64,000 bases of DNA from an uncultured delta proteobacterium. Lineage in GTDB: Bacteria; Desulfobacterota; Binatia; UBA9968. The notes below the pieces were generated by a model that saw only the letters and a program-made list of their open reading frames with translations, was not told where the DNA came from and did no database searches. The stretch lies in assembly GCA_963737905.1 (NCBI GenBank), contig CAVTUQ010000019.1, forward strand, positions 96,001-160,000, given 5' to 3'. Numbering within the stretch: the first letter of the stretch is position 1; the number at the start of each line of letters is the position of its first letter. Below, one piece after another: positions 47,473-57,584 of the stretch. A program made the translations under genes and the position numbers.

Positions 47473-48825
47473 CTAGAAACGCAGCGCGCTTAAGCGAGTC
47501 ATGAGATCGAGGTTTGCTTTTCTCGCCTCTTCCAAGACCTTTCCCTCTTCCGCGAGTTGGAGCTGGCGGTCTCTCATTATGACCCGCCCATCAACGATGA
47601 CTGTTTGAACATCGCTCGCCTTGGCGCAGTGCACGAGCTGGCTAAAGAGATCATTGACAGGTTGGTTGTGGATCGTATCCAAGTCCACCAGTATCAGATC
47701 CGCCCGCTTCCCGACGTCGATGGTTCCACAGAGGGACGCGAGCCCCAAAGCGCGAGCGCCGCCCGCGGTGGCCATGCGAAGAACCGTATACGGATCGATA
47801 ACTCCCGCATCCAGGTGATGCACCTTTTGCAGCAAAGAGGCGGTTTTCATGGTTTCGAAAAGGTCCTGGGAATGATTGCTGGCCGCCCCATCGGTGCCAA
47901 GCGCAACGTTGACCCCGTGACGCAGCATCGCGACCACAGGCGCAACACCGTCGCCCAGTATCATGTTGCTCACGGGATTGTGGGAGACCGACGTGCCGCG
48001 CTCCTCGAGAATCTGAATCTCGGCGTCTGAAATATGAACGCAGTGGGCAAACAGGGAGGTTTTGGCAGGAATGCCAAAATCGTCGAGAAATTTCACGACT
48101 CCGGATTTCCCGTGCTTCTCCTCGGTGAATTCGACCACGGACTTGGACTCCGCAACGTGAGCGCTGATGCCGATTCTCTTATCGTCCGCGAAACGCCGGA
48201 TGTCCCTCAGCAACTCCGGCGTCGTGTTGAGCGGCGGTGTGTTGGGGCCGGTCATAAATGAAAAAAGCTCGTTTTGTTTATTCCCATCGATAATCGTTTC
48301 GATATGCCGAAAGGCTTGATCCGAGTTTTCTTTTACGCAGTCGGGAACCATCTCCCCGGTGTCCATGATGGTTCTGGCAAACACCGCGCGCAACCCGGAG
48401 TCTCGTATCGCGCGAACCGTTTCAAACGCACACCCAGGGTGAGGATTGAGAAAATTATGCTCGCAAAGCGTGGTGACGCCGCTTCGGATGGCTTCAATGC
48501 AGCCCAGCCTTGTTCCGGCGTAGAAGTGCTCCGGGCGAAGGACCTGCGCCGCGCCGTAGATTCGTTTGAGCCACGGCAAGAGGGGGAGATCTTCCCACAC
48601 CGCGCGCAGTAAAACCTGGTAGAGATGCGTGTGGGCGTTCACTAGACCCGGCATCAAGACCGAGCCGGATGCGTCGATGATGTCTGGGTCAGTGCCGGTT
48701 TGGTTCGCTGAGCCTTCGCTTACTTCCGTGATGACGCCGTCTTGGACGCGCACGTAGCCGGAGAACGACTTGCGCTCTTCCGTCATCGGAACAACAAGGG
48801 CATTGGCGAGGGTCAGGCGGCTCAC
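47473..48825 (-). CDS. Metal-dependent deaminase-type amidohydrolase (MtaD/AtzA-like)
   Basis: PGLVNAHTH, HVAES, AHCVH, HNPVSN, LGTDG, GKRADL. Confidence 0.88.
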   Translation of the reverse strand: MSRLTLANALVVPMTEERKSFSGYVRVQDGVITEVSEGSANQTGTDPDIIDASGSVLMPGLVNAHTHLYQVLLRAVWEDLPLLPWLKRIYGAAQVLRPEHFYAGTRLGCIEAIRSGVTTLCEHNFLNPHPGCAFETVRAIRDSGLRAVFARTIMDTGEMVPDCVKENSDQAFRHIETIIDGNKQNELFSFMTGPNTPPLNTTPELLRDIRRFADDKRIGISAHVAESKSVVEFTEEKHGKSGVVKFLDDFGIPAKTSLFAHCVHISDAEIQILEERGTSVSHNPVSNMILGDGVAPVVAMLRHGVNVALGTDGAASNHSQDLFETMKTASLLQKVHHLDAGVIDPYTVLRMATAGGARALGLASLCGTIDVGKRADLILVDLDTIHNQPVNDLFSQLVHCAKASDVQTVIVDGRVIMRDRQLQLAEEGKVLEEARKANLDLMTRLSALRF

Positions 48826-48845
48826 TCTAGATTCCTGGTCCTAAG

Positions 48846-49835
48846 TTAGCTCGCTTTGCCGTAAAGCCGGTCGATAAAGCCGCTCTTCTTGATCTCCTCC
48901 ATCAAGCTCGTGTCCATGAAACTTTCTGCTCGCGCGCCGCGGGCTTTGGGAGTCAAGAGCGCATCGATCGCCGTCTGAATACCCTTGGCTTCGGGAAGCG
49001 GATATGGATTCATGCTCTTTACGAGCCGCTCGTAAACCGGCTCGACTTCCGGTTCGTCGATGCTTTGTCGTAGCACGGCTTTGGCAATTTCCGGCTTGGT
49101 CTTGAACACGTAGATCCCTTCCGTCAAGGCCTCAAGGAAGCGGCGGATATTCGGCCTTTGGGTTCTCAGCAATGAACCATCAACAACGACTCCGTAGTTC
49201 GCGTAGTCCAGCGGCAGTTCAGCAAGGTCGGCAAAAACCCGACAGCATCCGCTGGCTAAGATTTTTTGCACCTGGGTAGAGCTGACGATGGCCGCGTCCA
49301 TATGACCGCCCATCAAGGCGGCGATTCGAGTCGGTGTATTGCCGGATTGCAGTATGCGTACGTCTTTATCGGGATCGAGTTTCCAGTAACGCAGGATGAC
49401 GCGGGTGATAATGTCTGATCCTGAACCGTAGCGGCTGATGGCGACCGTTTTCCCTTTGAGGTCGGCTGGAGTGTTGATGGCTTTACGTACGACGAAAAAG
49501 GGCTCCAAACGGTTGATCATGACCGATATGACTTTGATGTCGGTGGCGCCGGAAACACCCAGGCTTAAGAGCGCTGTCACATCGAAGCCTGCCAAACCGA
49601 TATCGCCGGCTGAAAGCGTCTGGGCCATTAACGTTCCGCTGGTCAGGTAGATCGGTCTCACATCGACGCCGTGTTTGCGCCAGAGATTAGCGCGCTCGGT
49701 TACCCTGATGAGATCAGCGCCAACTCCACTGCCGCTGAAACCCAAATTCAAAACCGGGATAGTCTGCGCGCTCGTCTTAACGGAGCAGGTCAGAACTAGC
49801 GCAATGGAAACCCAGAGTGTGAAGCGCTTTATCAT
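48846..49835 (-). CDS. ABC transporter substrate-binding protein, close paralog of 8966-9970
   Basis: GGAGG RBS and signal peptide. Shares ILQSGNTPTR, GCCRV, ELPLDYA and EEIKKSGFID with the paralog. Confidence 0.85.
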   Translation of the reverse strand: MIKRFTLWVSIALVLTCSVKTSAQTIPVLNLGFSGSGVGADLIRVTERANLWRKHGVDVRPIYLTSGTLMAQTLSAGDIGLAGFDVTALLSLGVSGATDIKVISVMINRLEPFFVVRKAINTPADLKGKTVAISRYGSGSDIITRVILRYWKLDPDKDVRILQSGNTPTRIAALMGGHMDAAIVSSTQVQKILASGCCRVFADLAELPLDYANYGVVVDGSLLRTQRPNIRRFLEALTEGIYVFKTKPEIAKAVLRQSIDEPEVEPVYERLVKSMNPYPLPEAKGIQTAIDALLTPKARGARAESFMDTSLMEEIKKSGFIDRLYGKAS

Positions 49836-50017
49836 AAAGCTCCTCCTTGCCGTCATCTTACCGGACCTGCGACTAATTGATACAGTGACAAGGGTGAAGT
49901 TAACAAGTCGTCTCGTTGCCCCAGGAGTCCGCCTTGGCCTTGACGATCTATCCCCGACAGGATTAAAGTAAAAAGGCTTGGTGATGCAAGCAAATTTAAT
50001 GGAAAAGAGGTAGCCCC

Positions 50018-50425
50018 ATGGCGCAGGAAGCGAAAATCTTCAAATATCAGACTCCCGAATTCGAGGGCGTCAAGAAGTCGATGATTGTGTGCAACAGCGA
50101 TCTCATGAAAGTCATGGTCCAGGTCGTGAAGGACGGGGGCGAAAACAACCTCCATACCCACACCGGCGACGATGCCTTCTGGTATGTGATGAACGGCGCC
50201 GTGAAATTCTACGGCGAGGGCGACAAGTTGATCGGCGAATTCAACAAAGGCGAGGGAATCTTGATTCCTCGGGGATTCAAATATTGGTTTGAAAGCTGTG
50301 CCGGCGAGCCGCTTGAAATTCTCCGCGTGACCGCGAAAGACCAGACCGTCGAAAACAAGCGGGTCAATCTCACAGCGCCCAAGCAGTGGATGATCGATCA
50401 AGGCACGCCTGGCGTCACGGCGTAG
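50018..50425 (+). CDS. Cupin-domain protein
   Basis: GGENNLHTHTGDDAFWYVMNG, ILIPRGFKYWF. Confidence 0.85.
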   Translation: MAQEAKIFKYQTPEFEGVKKSMIVCNSDLMKVMVQVVKDGGENNLHTHTGDDAFWYVMNGAVKFYGEGDKLIGEFNKGEGILIPRGFKYWFESCAGEPLEILRVTAKDQTVENKRVNLTAPKQWMIDQGTPGVTA

Positions 50426-50617
50426 TCTCACCTTCCCTCTAAGCGATTCATCGATCGGACTTCATGACGACAGTCGCGAAGTCCGATTTCTTTTTGTTTG
50501 CGTGCTCCGGCCAAAGATTAACCCTGTTCCGAACATTAGTTCGAGCATTGAAGTGACTCTTTCCTGGGTAACGAAGTGTTTGTCGGAGCAGGGTTAATTC
50601 GTCTTCGCGGGGCCCGT

Positions 50618-51652
50618 CTACAGGAACCAGTGCAATATCTTAAGCGCCCCCTGCTCCACTGCGGACCGGTGATAGCTGACGGCGCTCTTATCGGCGAGTA
50701 CGGCGGCACGATGGGCGAGATACCATTCGTAGCTTTCGACGAACATCTCGTTGTTCGAATAGCGGGGAACCCATCCCAGCTTCGTGCGTGCCTTGGCAAT
50801 GTCAAAGTAAAAGGATCGTCCGTACATCGAGGCGTGATAGGCACCCAACGGTGAGATTCCCAGGCCGGAGGAGAGATTCATCGCAGCCACCATGGGCCAC
50901 ATCGGCAGAGACTTTACCTTGGATCCCGTACGCGCATAGTTGCAGAGATGCTCCAGCGCCTCGCGCATGGTCCCGAACCGGTTGGTGCCGCAATTAAAAG
51001 CGTCGCTACCCTTCAAGATACTTGCCCGTATACACCCTTCAGCAAAATCATCCGCATGCACGAATTGATAGATGTTTTTCCCGTCATCGAGCACAGGAAT
51101 ATTCTTCCCCTGATAAATCCATTCGAAAAGAATCTGAAAAATGCCCATTCGGCCGTGCCCCAAGATGGTACAGGGCCGGACAATGGACACATCCAGACCT
51201 TGCCGCGCATATTCGTGGCACAAGTCCTCTCCCGCTAGTTTGGTTTTTCCATACTCTTCCGCGGGAGCTGGCACAGCGTCCTCCGTTACCGGATTCGATT
51301 TAGGAATTCCGTACACCGCGCTCGAAGAGGTGTAGACCACCTTCTTTACCGCTCCGCGTGCGCAGGACTCTAGCAGGTTCTTTGTCCCGTCGCGGTTAAC
51401 ACTCCAGAGCAACGGTTTGTTTATGGCTATAGCCACCTGCGCTGCGTTATGGAAGACGACATCGATTCCCTCACAGGCTGACAGAACCGTATCAGGGTCG
51501 CGAATGTCCGCTTGCACCATCTCGGTTCCGGGATACTTATCCGCAGGCAGATTGATATCGAGGATGCGGACGAAGTAGCCGCGCTCCAAGAGCTTTCGAG
51601 TGAGCAGGTCACCGAAATAACCTGCGCCGCCAGTAACTAGAGACTTGATCAT
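50618..51652 (-). CDS. NAD-dependent epimerase/dehydratase (extended SDR)
   Basis: TGGAGYFG, HNAA, YTSSSAVYG, YGKTK. Confidence 0.88.
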   Translation of the reverse strand: MIKSLVTGGAGYFGDLLTRKLLERGYFVRILDINLPADKYPGTEMVQADIRDPDTVLSACEGIDVVFHNAAQVAIAINKPLLWSVNRDGTKNLLESCARGAVKKVVYTSSSAVYGIPKSNPVTEDAVPAPAEEYGKTKLAGEDLCHEYARQGLDVSIVRPCTILGHGRMGIFQILFEWIYQGKNIPVLDDGKNIYQFVHADDFAEGCIRASILKGSDAFNCGTNRFGTMREALEHLCNYARTGSKVKSLPMWPMVAAMNLSSGLGISPLGAYHASMYGRSFYFDIAKARTKLGWVPRYSNNEMFVESYEWYLAHRAAVLADKSAVSYHRSAVEQGALKILHWFL

Positions 51653-51686
51653 TTTTAGCCGAGACTAAGCCGATGGTTCCATCGCG

Positions 51687-53177
51687 TCACGGCTTGAATA
51701 TCGCGAAATCAAAGGTGGCGGCGAGCAACACCAGGATGGCCAAGAATGCCGCGCCATACGTCGAAGGTTCGCGGGCAGTGTACTGGATCGGGTCTTCCGT
51801 TAGTTCACCTCTCCTGCAGATCACCCATAGACGGCTGATATAATATAACAGGATGGGTTGCAGGCCCCAAAGGAAGATCGGCTGTCGATAGAGCAATTGT
51901 ACGGTCTCACTGTTGATGTAGAGGGCGAGTACCAGGGACGACAAGAATCCGCTGCACATGCCGGCAATACAGACCGCGTCCAGATCGGTTGTCACATACC
52001 CCCGTCCCGGGATGACTTTTCGATTATCCTGCTGGTGCTGAATCAAATCGGCGGCACGTTTGCTGAAGGCCAGACTGAGGAACAGAAAAAAAGCGAAGGA
52101 CAACAGCCACGGTGAGAGAACGATCCCAGTAGCCGCGCTGCCGGCGACGACCCGCAACGTGTACAGAAGAGCCAGAGTGAGCACGTCCACTACAAGGAGA
52201 CGCTTCAAGAAGAGCGAGTACACGCAGGTCAGCACGAGGTAAGCGATCAACGCGCTCACGAACGCGCGTGGAACCCAGGTGGCTATCGCCGCGCTAGCCG
52301 AAAGCGATGCGATTGTGAGCAAAATACCGGAACCGATGGCCGCCCGGCCCGAAGCGAAAGGGCGTTGCTTTTTGATAGGATGGCGGCGGTCCTCCTCCAG
52401 GTCCAGCAAGTCGTTCAGAATATAGCCGGCGGAAGCCGCAAATCCGAAGGAGAGAAATGCCAGTGTCGCGTTGCCGGCAACAGATAAATCGAAAACGGTG
52501 TGCGAGGTGATCGCTGGAACGAAGAGCAGCAAATTCTTCACCCATTGGTAAAAACGCATCGAGCGGAGGGCCTCGCGGAGGTGGGTGAGCGGGCGGGGAA
52601 AGACGCGCACCACGTTCCCTGCACGGCGGGCCGAGCGTTCCACGCGCCCGGAGGTATTCACCAGAATCGCATGCCGGCAGCCGCGCCAGATCTCCAGGTC
52701 TGCGCTTGAATTGCCGACGTAGTCAAACTTTTCTCCGCAGACTTCCATGATGGTTTCGAGCTTTTTTCGTCCCTTCAAATTGCGTTGTCCATCGCTCCCC
52801 AGCACCGTGTCGAAAAGGGCGAGCGGTTCGACTACCGAGCACGCTTGGTGATAATCGGACGCTGTCGCGAGTACCAAACGTCTGCCGCGTGCCTTCTCAT
52901 CTCTCAGCCACGCCAACAGTTCCTTATGGGAGGGTAGGAGTGAGACGTCAATCCGAACCCGCTGGAAAATTCTGTGCTTCAGATAGGCCCGCCCGCGCAA
53001 CAGCCAAAGAGGCACAAACAGAACCCGCCACGGCGTCTGCTTGATGAGTCGTAACGCGGACTCGAGGAGGAGATCGGTGCGGAGCAGTGTTCCATCCAGG
53101 TCCACCACTAACGGAGGAGCCTCCGAGCAAGACTCGCTCCGATTACACACGGCTTCCACTGGCCAATGTTGAGTCAT
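51687..53177 (-). CDS. HAD-UbiA fusion, polyprenyl-phosphate phosphoribosyltransferase-like
   Basis: N-terminal VVDLDGTL HAD motif, then QWVKNLL and YILNDLLDLEEDRRHPIKKQRPFASG. Confidence 0.85.
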   Translation of the reverse strand: MTQHWPVEAVCNRSESCSEAPPLVVDLDGTLLRTDLLLESALRLIKQTPWRVLFVPLWLLRGRAYLKHRIFQRVRIDVSLLPSHKELLAWLRDEKARGRRLVLATASDYHQACSVVEPLALFDTVLGSDGQRNLKGRKKLETIMEVCGEKFDYVGNSSADLEIWRGCRHAILVNTSGRVERSARRAGNVVRVFPRPLTHLREALRSMRFYQWVKNLLLFVPAITSHTVFDLSVAGNATLAFLSFGFAASAGYILNDLLDLEEDRRHPIKKQRPFASGRAAIGSGILLTIASLSASAAIATWVPRAFVSALIAYLVLTCVYSLFLKRLLVVDVLTLALLYTLRVVAGSAATGIVLSPWLLSFAFFLFLSLAFSKRAADLIQHQQDNRKVIPGRGYVTTDLDAVCIAGMCSGFLSSLVLALYINSETVQLLYRQPIFLWGLQPILLYYISRLWVICRRGELTEDPIQYTAREPSTYGAAFLAILVLLAATFDFAIFKP

Positions 53178-53380
53178 TTTCAGGAGCTGTTGGGCTGTAA
53201 TCTACCATGTACCAATAGCACACGACGCGCTTCCTAGCGGATTTAGGCCATTTTTAGGAGTTGTAGCCCTGGAAAATACCAATATCTTCCAGCACCGGCA
53301 AGTGGATACCACGTTTAAGAAAATTTTCACGCATCGGGCAACCGTAACGGCAATCGGAATACCGGGGGTTCGGCGCCATC

Positions 53381-53969
53381 CTATGCCCGCACTAGTACGT
53401 AAGTTACTCGCCTCAGGAGACCCAGCGAGCGGGAGTAGAGTGCCGCACTGACATCCAAGCGCAGGCCCTGGAAGGCCTGCCGCCAGCCCGTGTCAGTACG
53501 GTTCGAGCGCGGATGATTGAAAAACTCAAAGTTGAACAGACTGTCTATTGCGTAGGTACAGTACTTTTCGTACACATTTTCATATATCTCTTCAATGACG
53601 ATGATACGCTCTCGCTACTCTCCTAGCTTCCGCGAGAATAGCGTCGGGATCTCGAACGTGGTGTAACACCGTGATGATCAGAGCGACGTCGAAACTATCG
53701 TCGCCGAAGGGAAGTGTCGTGCCGTCGTAAGCCACAGGCACGATCTCGTCGACAAAGCTGAGGTTCTTGAGGTCAACCGGGACGACATTGTATCCAAGCC
53801 GTAGAAGCTCCTGGCAGAGAATACAGTTCCCGGCTCCCACGTCCAGGACACGATCGTCCGGGGCCAGATGGGAGCCGATCTCCGCTAGTTTCTCTCGCAC
53901 GCGCCAGAGGGCCAGGCGGCAAAGAGCCTGGCGCAGCGCGCTTATTTTCAAGAACGCTTTGAAGGACAT
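53381..53969 (-). CDS. Class I SAM-dependent methyltransferase (+1 frameshift near 53610)
   Basis: VLDVGAG, LPFGDDSFDV, VLHH. RIIVIEE continues in the frame of ORF 53381-53575. Confidence 0.78.
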
Positions 53970-53983
53970 GGAGCAGCAAGCTC

Positions 53984-54013
53984 TTGACAATTATTTTACA
54001 GAATCCCTATCCT
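53984..54013 (+). promoter_or_regulatory. Sigma70-type promoter candidate for the TMTC-like gene
   Basis: TTGACA-18 nt-TATCCT. Confidence 0.45.
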
Positions 54014-54129
54014 GATCCTATCTTATTCTTATCACGTCGCACGAAATCCAAATCAGTGAGTTCTGCCGAAGACCGTCCCGGCCACAGGATCGGGCAGCGA
54101 CGGTATAGCGCCAAAACGCTGAAACGCTT

Positions 54130-56269
54130 GTGGTAGACGCGAAGTCCAGGCAAAAGGCTAGGTCGGGGCGAGCCACGAAAACCGGAGTTGACCCGGTCTC
54201 TTCGGCGATTACATCGGCCCGACCGCTGTCTGTCCCTTGGCTTATTCCTGCGTTAATCGCCCTTATTACTTTCATCGTTTTTCTTCCCACCCTGCAAAAT
54301 GGTTTTGTCAATTGGGATGACGACTCACATCTAATCAACAATCCCCTTTACAGAGGCCTGGGATGGGAGCAGCTTCGCTGGATGTTTAGCACGTGCCTCA
54401 ATGGCTCTTGCATGCCCTTGAACTGGGTGACGTATGGTTTGGATTATGTTCTCTGGGGCATGAATCCCAGAGGATATCATTTCACGAGTTTACTCGTTCA
54501 CGTCGCCAACGGCGTGCTCTTTTATTTTCTGAGCCTGCGACTCCTCCGACTTGGTTTCGGAACTATTTTATCGAATCTGCCAATCCGGCTGGCGGCAGGT
54601 TTCTCTGCTCTTTTCTTTTCTCTCCATCCCTTGCAAGTTGAAGTCGTGGCATGGGCGACTGGCCGGGAAATAGCCATTGCCGGCTTTTTCTTCATTTTGA
54701 CCTTGATTTGTTACTTGAAGGCGGCTGAGAACGAGTCGGCGGGCTTGTCTCGCCGCGGATGGATGATTGGAGCCTGGGGCCTTTACGCCCTGTCTCTTTT
54801 GGGTAAAGAGATGGCGCTGACCTTGCCTTTCGCTCTTTTGGTTTTGGACATTTATCCCTTGAGGCGGCTCGGGGGCGGTCATGGGAGGTGGTTCGGACCA
54901 CAAGTTCGTCAGGTATGGTGGGAGAAAATACCATTCCTGCTTTTAGCCCTGGCGGCCGGCGTCAGAGCAACCTTAGAAAAGCAGCAAGCGGGAAGCATTT
55001 ATCCCATCGCAGATTATGGCTTGCTGCCCAGGGGCGCCCAGGTACTGTATAGCGTAGCATTTTACCCGTGGAAAACGCTCATGCCCGCCGGGCTATCTCC
55101 CCTCTACCCGTTGCATCCTTTCACCGGTCTTTGGAGCTTGCCCGTGCTGCTCAGCGGTGGGGTCGTGTTTGTGCTCAGTGTATCGTTTTTTATCGCCAGG
55201 CGTCGCTGGCCTGTCGGTTTAGCGGCGTGGCTGTTTTATGTTTTACTACTCGCACCGGTGAGCGGTATCCTTGCGTTTGGTCCCTATCGCGCCGCTGATC
55301 GGTTTAGCTATCTGCCCTCCCTCGGCTGGGCCGTCTTGGCGGGAGCAGCGTTATTTTATTTCTGGCAACTTTGGGCCGGCGGTCGTATCGGACGACGAAT
55401 ATGGTTTTTGGCGCCGTCTTTTTCCGTCCTGCTCTTAATTGCTTTAGCGGCTTTGACTTGGGGTCAAACGCAAATTTGGCATGACTCTGAGAGGCTGTGG
55501 AGGCATGCGCTGGCTGTTGATGAAAGGTCAAGTATCGCACATAACAATTTGGGCCTTGTCCTCGCCGAACGCGGTAGCCTTGAAGAAGCGATTGATGAGT
55601 TCCGGCGGGCCGTGGAAATCGATCCCTTGTTCGTGGAAGGGCAGACAAATCTGGGAAATTTTCTTGCGCAGCGGGGTTCAACAGAGGAAGCGATCTCTCA
55701 TCTGCGAAAGGCTTTAGCGATCGATCCGGCGTTTGCCAACGCGCACAATACGCTGGGCAATATTCTTGACTGATAGAGGCGAATCGGATCGGGCAATTGA
55801 GCACTTTCGCCAGGCGCTGCAAACAAACCCAAAATCCGCAATGACGTACTATAACTTGGGGCGGGCCCTTGCCAAGCGTGGAGATCTCACAGAGGCCACA
55901 GAAAGCTATCGCAAGGCCGCGGAACTTAACCCGAGTGATCCCGACGTGTACAACAACTTGGGTCTGGTTTTGCAAAGCCAGGGCAGGCTGCCGGAAGCCG
56001 CCGAGCAATTTCACAATGCTTTACGAATCGACCCGAAATACGTGAAGGCATATTTTAACCTTGGAAAGACTTTTGCCGGGCAAGGAAAGTTTGATGAGGC
56101 GGTGGAAAACTTCCGTAGGGCGGTACGGATTCAGCCCGGATCAGCCGAGATTCACGAGCAGCTGGCGCGCGCTCTTGCGCAAGAGGGAAAGAAAGAGGAA
56201 GCGCTTCAGCACTATCAAGAAGCGCTAAGACTCGTGAAAGCCCGGCAAGGAGTGCGTCCTGGCAATTAG
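54130..56269 (+). CDS. TMTC-like GT-C glycosyltransferase with C-terminal TPRs (+1 frameshift near 55768)
   Basis: FVNWDD luminal acidic pair, HPLQVEVVAW, GKE, ADRFSYLP, W.DSERLW, then TPR repeats in two frames. Confidence 0.82.
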
Positions 56270-56362
56270 GGTGTCCAGTCGACCTCGTTAAAAGTTGCAC
56301 AGGGGCACCGATTTTCACCGGCCCGATGTGTGAACTACTTTGCCTTGTAATACTTCTGGGCT

Positions 56363-56566
56363 TCAGGTAACCCCCGCTTTTCGAGTCCCGTCGCTCGGGT
56401 GCGTGTATAGGAACTCGGGGGGCTTCTCATCTTGTTGGAGCTTGGACATCCTTTCCCAAAACCCCACGGCGGCGGAAAGATCACAACCTGCCTTGGCCAT
56501 CAAGATAGACAGGCTGAAAGACCCCAGTAGGAGTAAGACGCCAAAACTAAGCCATTTTGTGTACAC
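56363..56566 (-). pseudogene. Internally deleted M48 peptidase remnant
   Basis: A signal-like N-terminus joins directly to ILMAKAG...AVGFWERM...PEFLYTHPS. No HEXXH region. Confidence 0.6.
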
Positions 56567-56782
56567 TATCTTTTATGTGTTCCGACGTGTTTTCAGTTAC
56601 ATTTCCGGTCGCTTGCCAAGTCGCAGGCCGAAGGGAGATTGTTTAGACAGTACCTAGCGGACCCGATGGCTTGTGTCAAATCTGGCCTTAGATTGAATCC
56701 CAATACTAGATGTTGTGGGCTGGTTCCTGCTGATCGGCTGGAACGGCGGGGAAAAATGTGCTGAAATTTCCCGATTTTTTCC

Positions 56783-56811
56783 TTGACAAGGAAAACCGCT
56801 TGTACTACTTT
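56783..56811 (+). promoter_or_regulatory. Sigma70-type promoter of the OmpA-family gene
   Basis: TTGACA-17 nt-TACTTT. Confidence 0.6.
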
Positions 56812-56848
56812 GGGCGAAAATTTGTAAATTTTTTTCTGGGAGGGAGCG

Positions 56849-57559
56849 ATGGAGAAAAACAAATACCTAGCCATCAGCACGCTTGGTTTTTTCCTGACGG
56901 GTTGTGCGGGGATGACTAAGTGGCAAGCTGCAACAGTGGGTGCTATCACCTGTGGAGCGGCCGGAGCAGCGGGTGGAGGAGTGGCCGCAAACAATGGTGT
57001 GGAAGGTCATAAGAGAAACATAGGCGCTGGGGTGGCGATCGGCATGACGACCGGCGCTTTGCTTTGCGGCGGTCTGGGGTACTTGCTAGCGCAGGAGCCC
57101 AAACCTAAGCCACCACCGCCACCGCCGCCACCACCGCCACCGCCACCACCACCGCCGCCACCACCGCCACCAAAACCAAAGCCGCCACCGCCGCCACCGC
57201 CGCCACCGGCGCCGAAGGTCGAGCGGACGATCATCCTGGATGACGTGTTGTTCGATTTTGACAAGAGCACGATCAAGCCTGAAGCGGCGAAGATTCTCGA
57301 TCGGCTGGTAGCGTTCATGAACGAGAACAAAGATAAGAAAGTCGCTTTATCGGGTTTCACGGACAGCATCGGGACGGAGGCCTACAATTTGAAGCTATCC
57401 GATCGACGCTGGATGTCGGTTAGGGATTATGTGGTGAAACATGGTGTGGAGGGCGGCCGGGTCTCGGGTCAGGGATTCGGAGAATCCAAACCGATCGCTG
57501 ACAACAAGACTGCGGAGGGCCGTAGCAAGAACCGCAGGGTCGAAATAAAAGTGGACTAG
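56849..57559 (+). CDS. OmpA-family lipoprotein with glycine zipper and polyproline linker
   Basis: Lipobox FLTGC, VLFDFDKS, GFTDSIG, YNLKLS, GFGESKP, NRRVEI. Confidence 0.92.
   Translation: MEKNKYLAISTLGFFLTGCAGMTKWQAATVGAITCGAAGAAGGGVAANNGVEGHKRNIGAGVAIGMTTGALLCGGLGYLLAQEPKPKPPPPPPPPPPPPPPPPPPPPPKPKPPPPPPPPPAPKVERTIILDDVLFDFDKSTIKPEAAKILDRLVAFMNENKDKKVALSGFTDSIGTEAYNLKLSDRRWMSVRDYVVKHGVEGGRVSGQGFGESKPIADNKTAEGRSKNRRVEIKVD
57110..57208 (+). repeat. (CCR)n coding repeat: 21 Pro + KPK + 9 Pro
   Basis: Uninterrupted CCA/CCG codons at 57110-57172 and 57182-57208. Confidence 0.95.
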
Positions 57560-57584
57560 ACGGATCACTGAAGGGGGAACAGCA

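Noticed and set aside
57007-57369. Polyglycine ORF on the minus strand
   Set aside because: It is the reverse complement of the polyproline codons.
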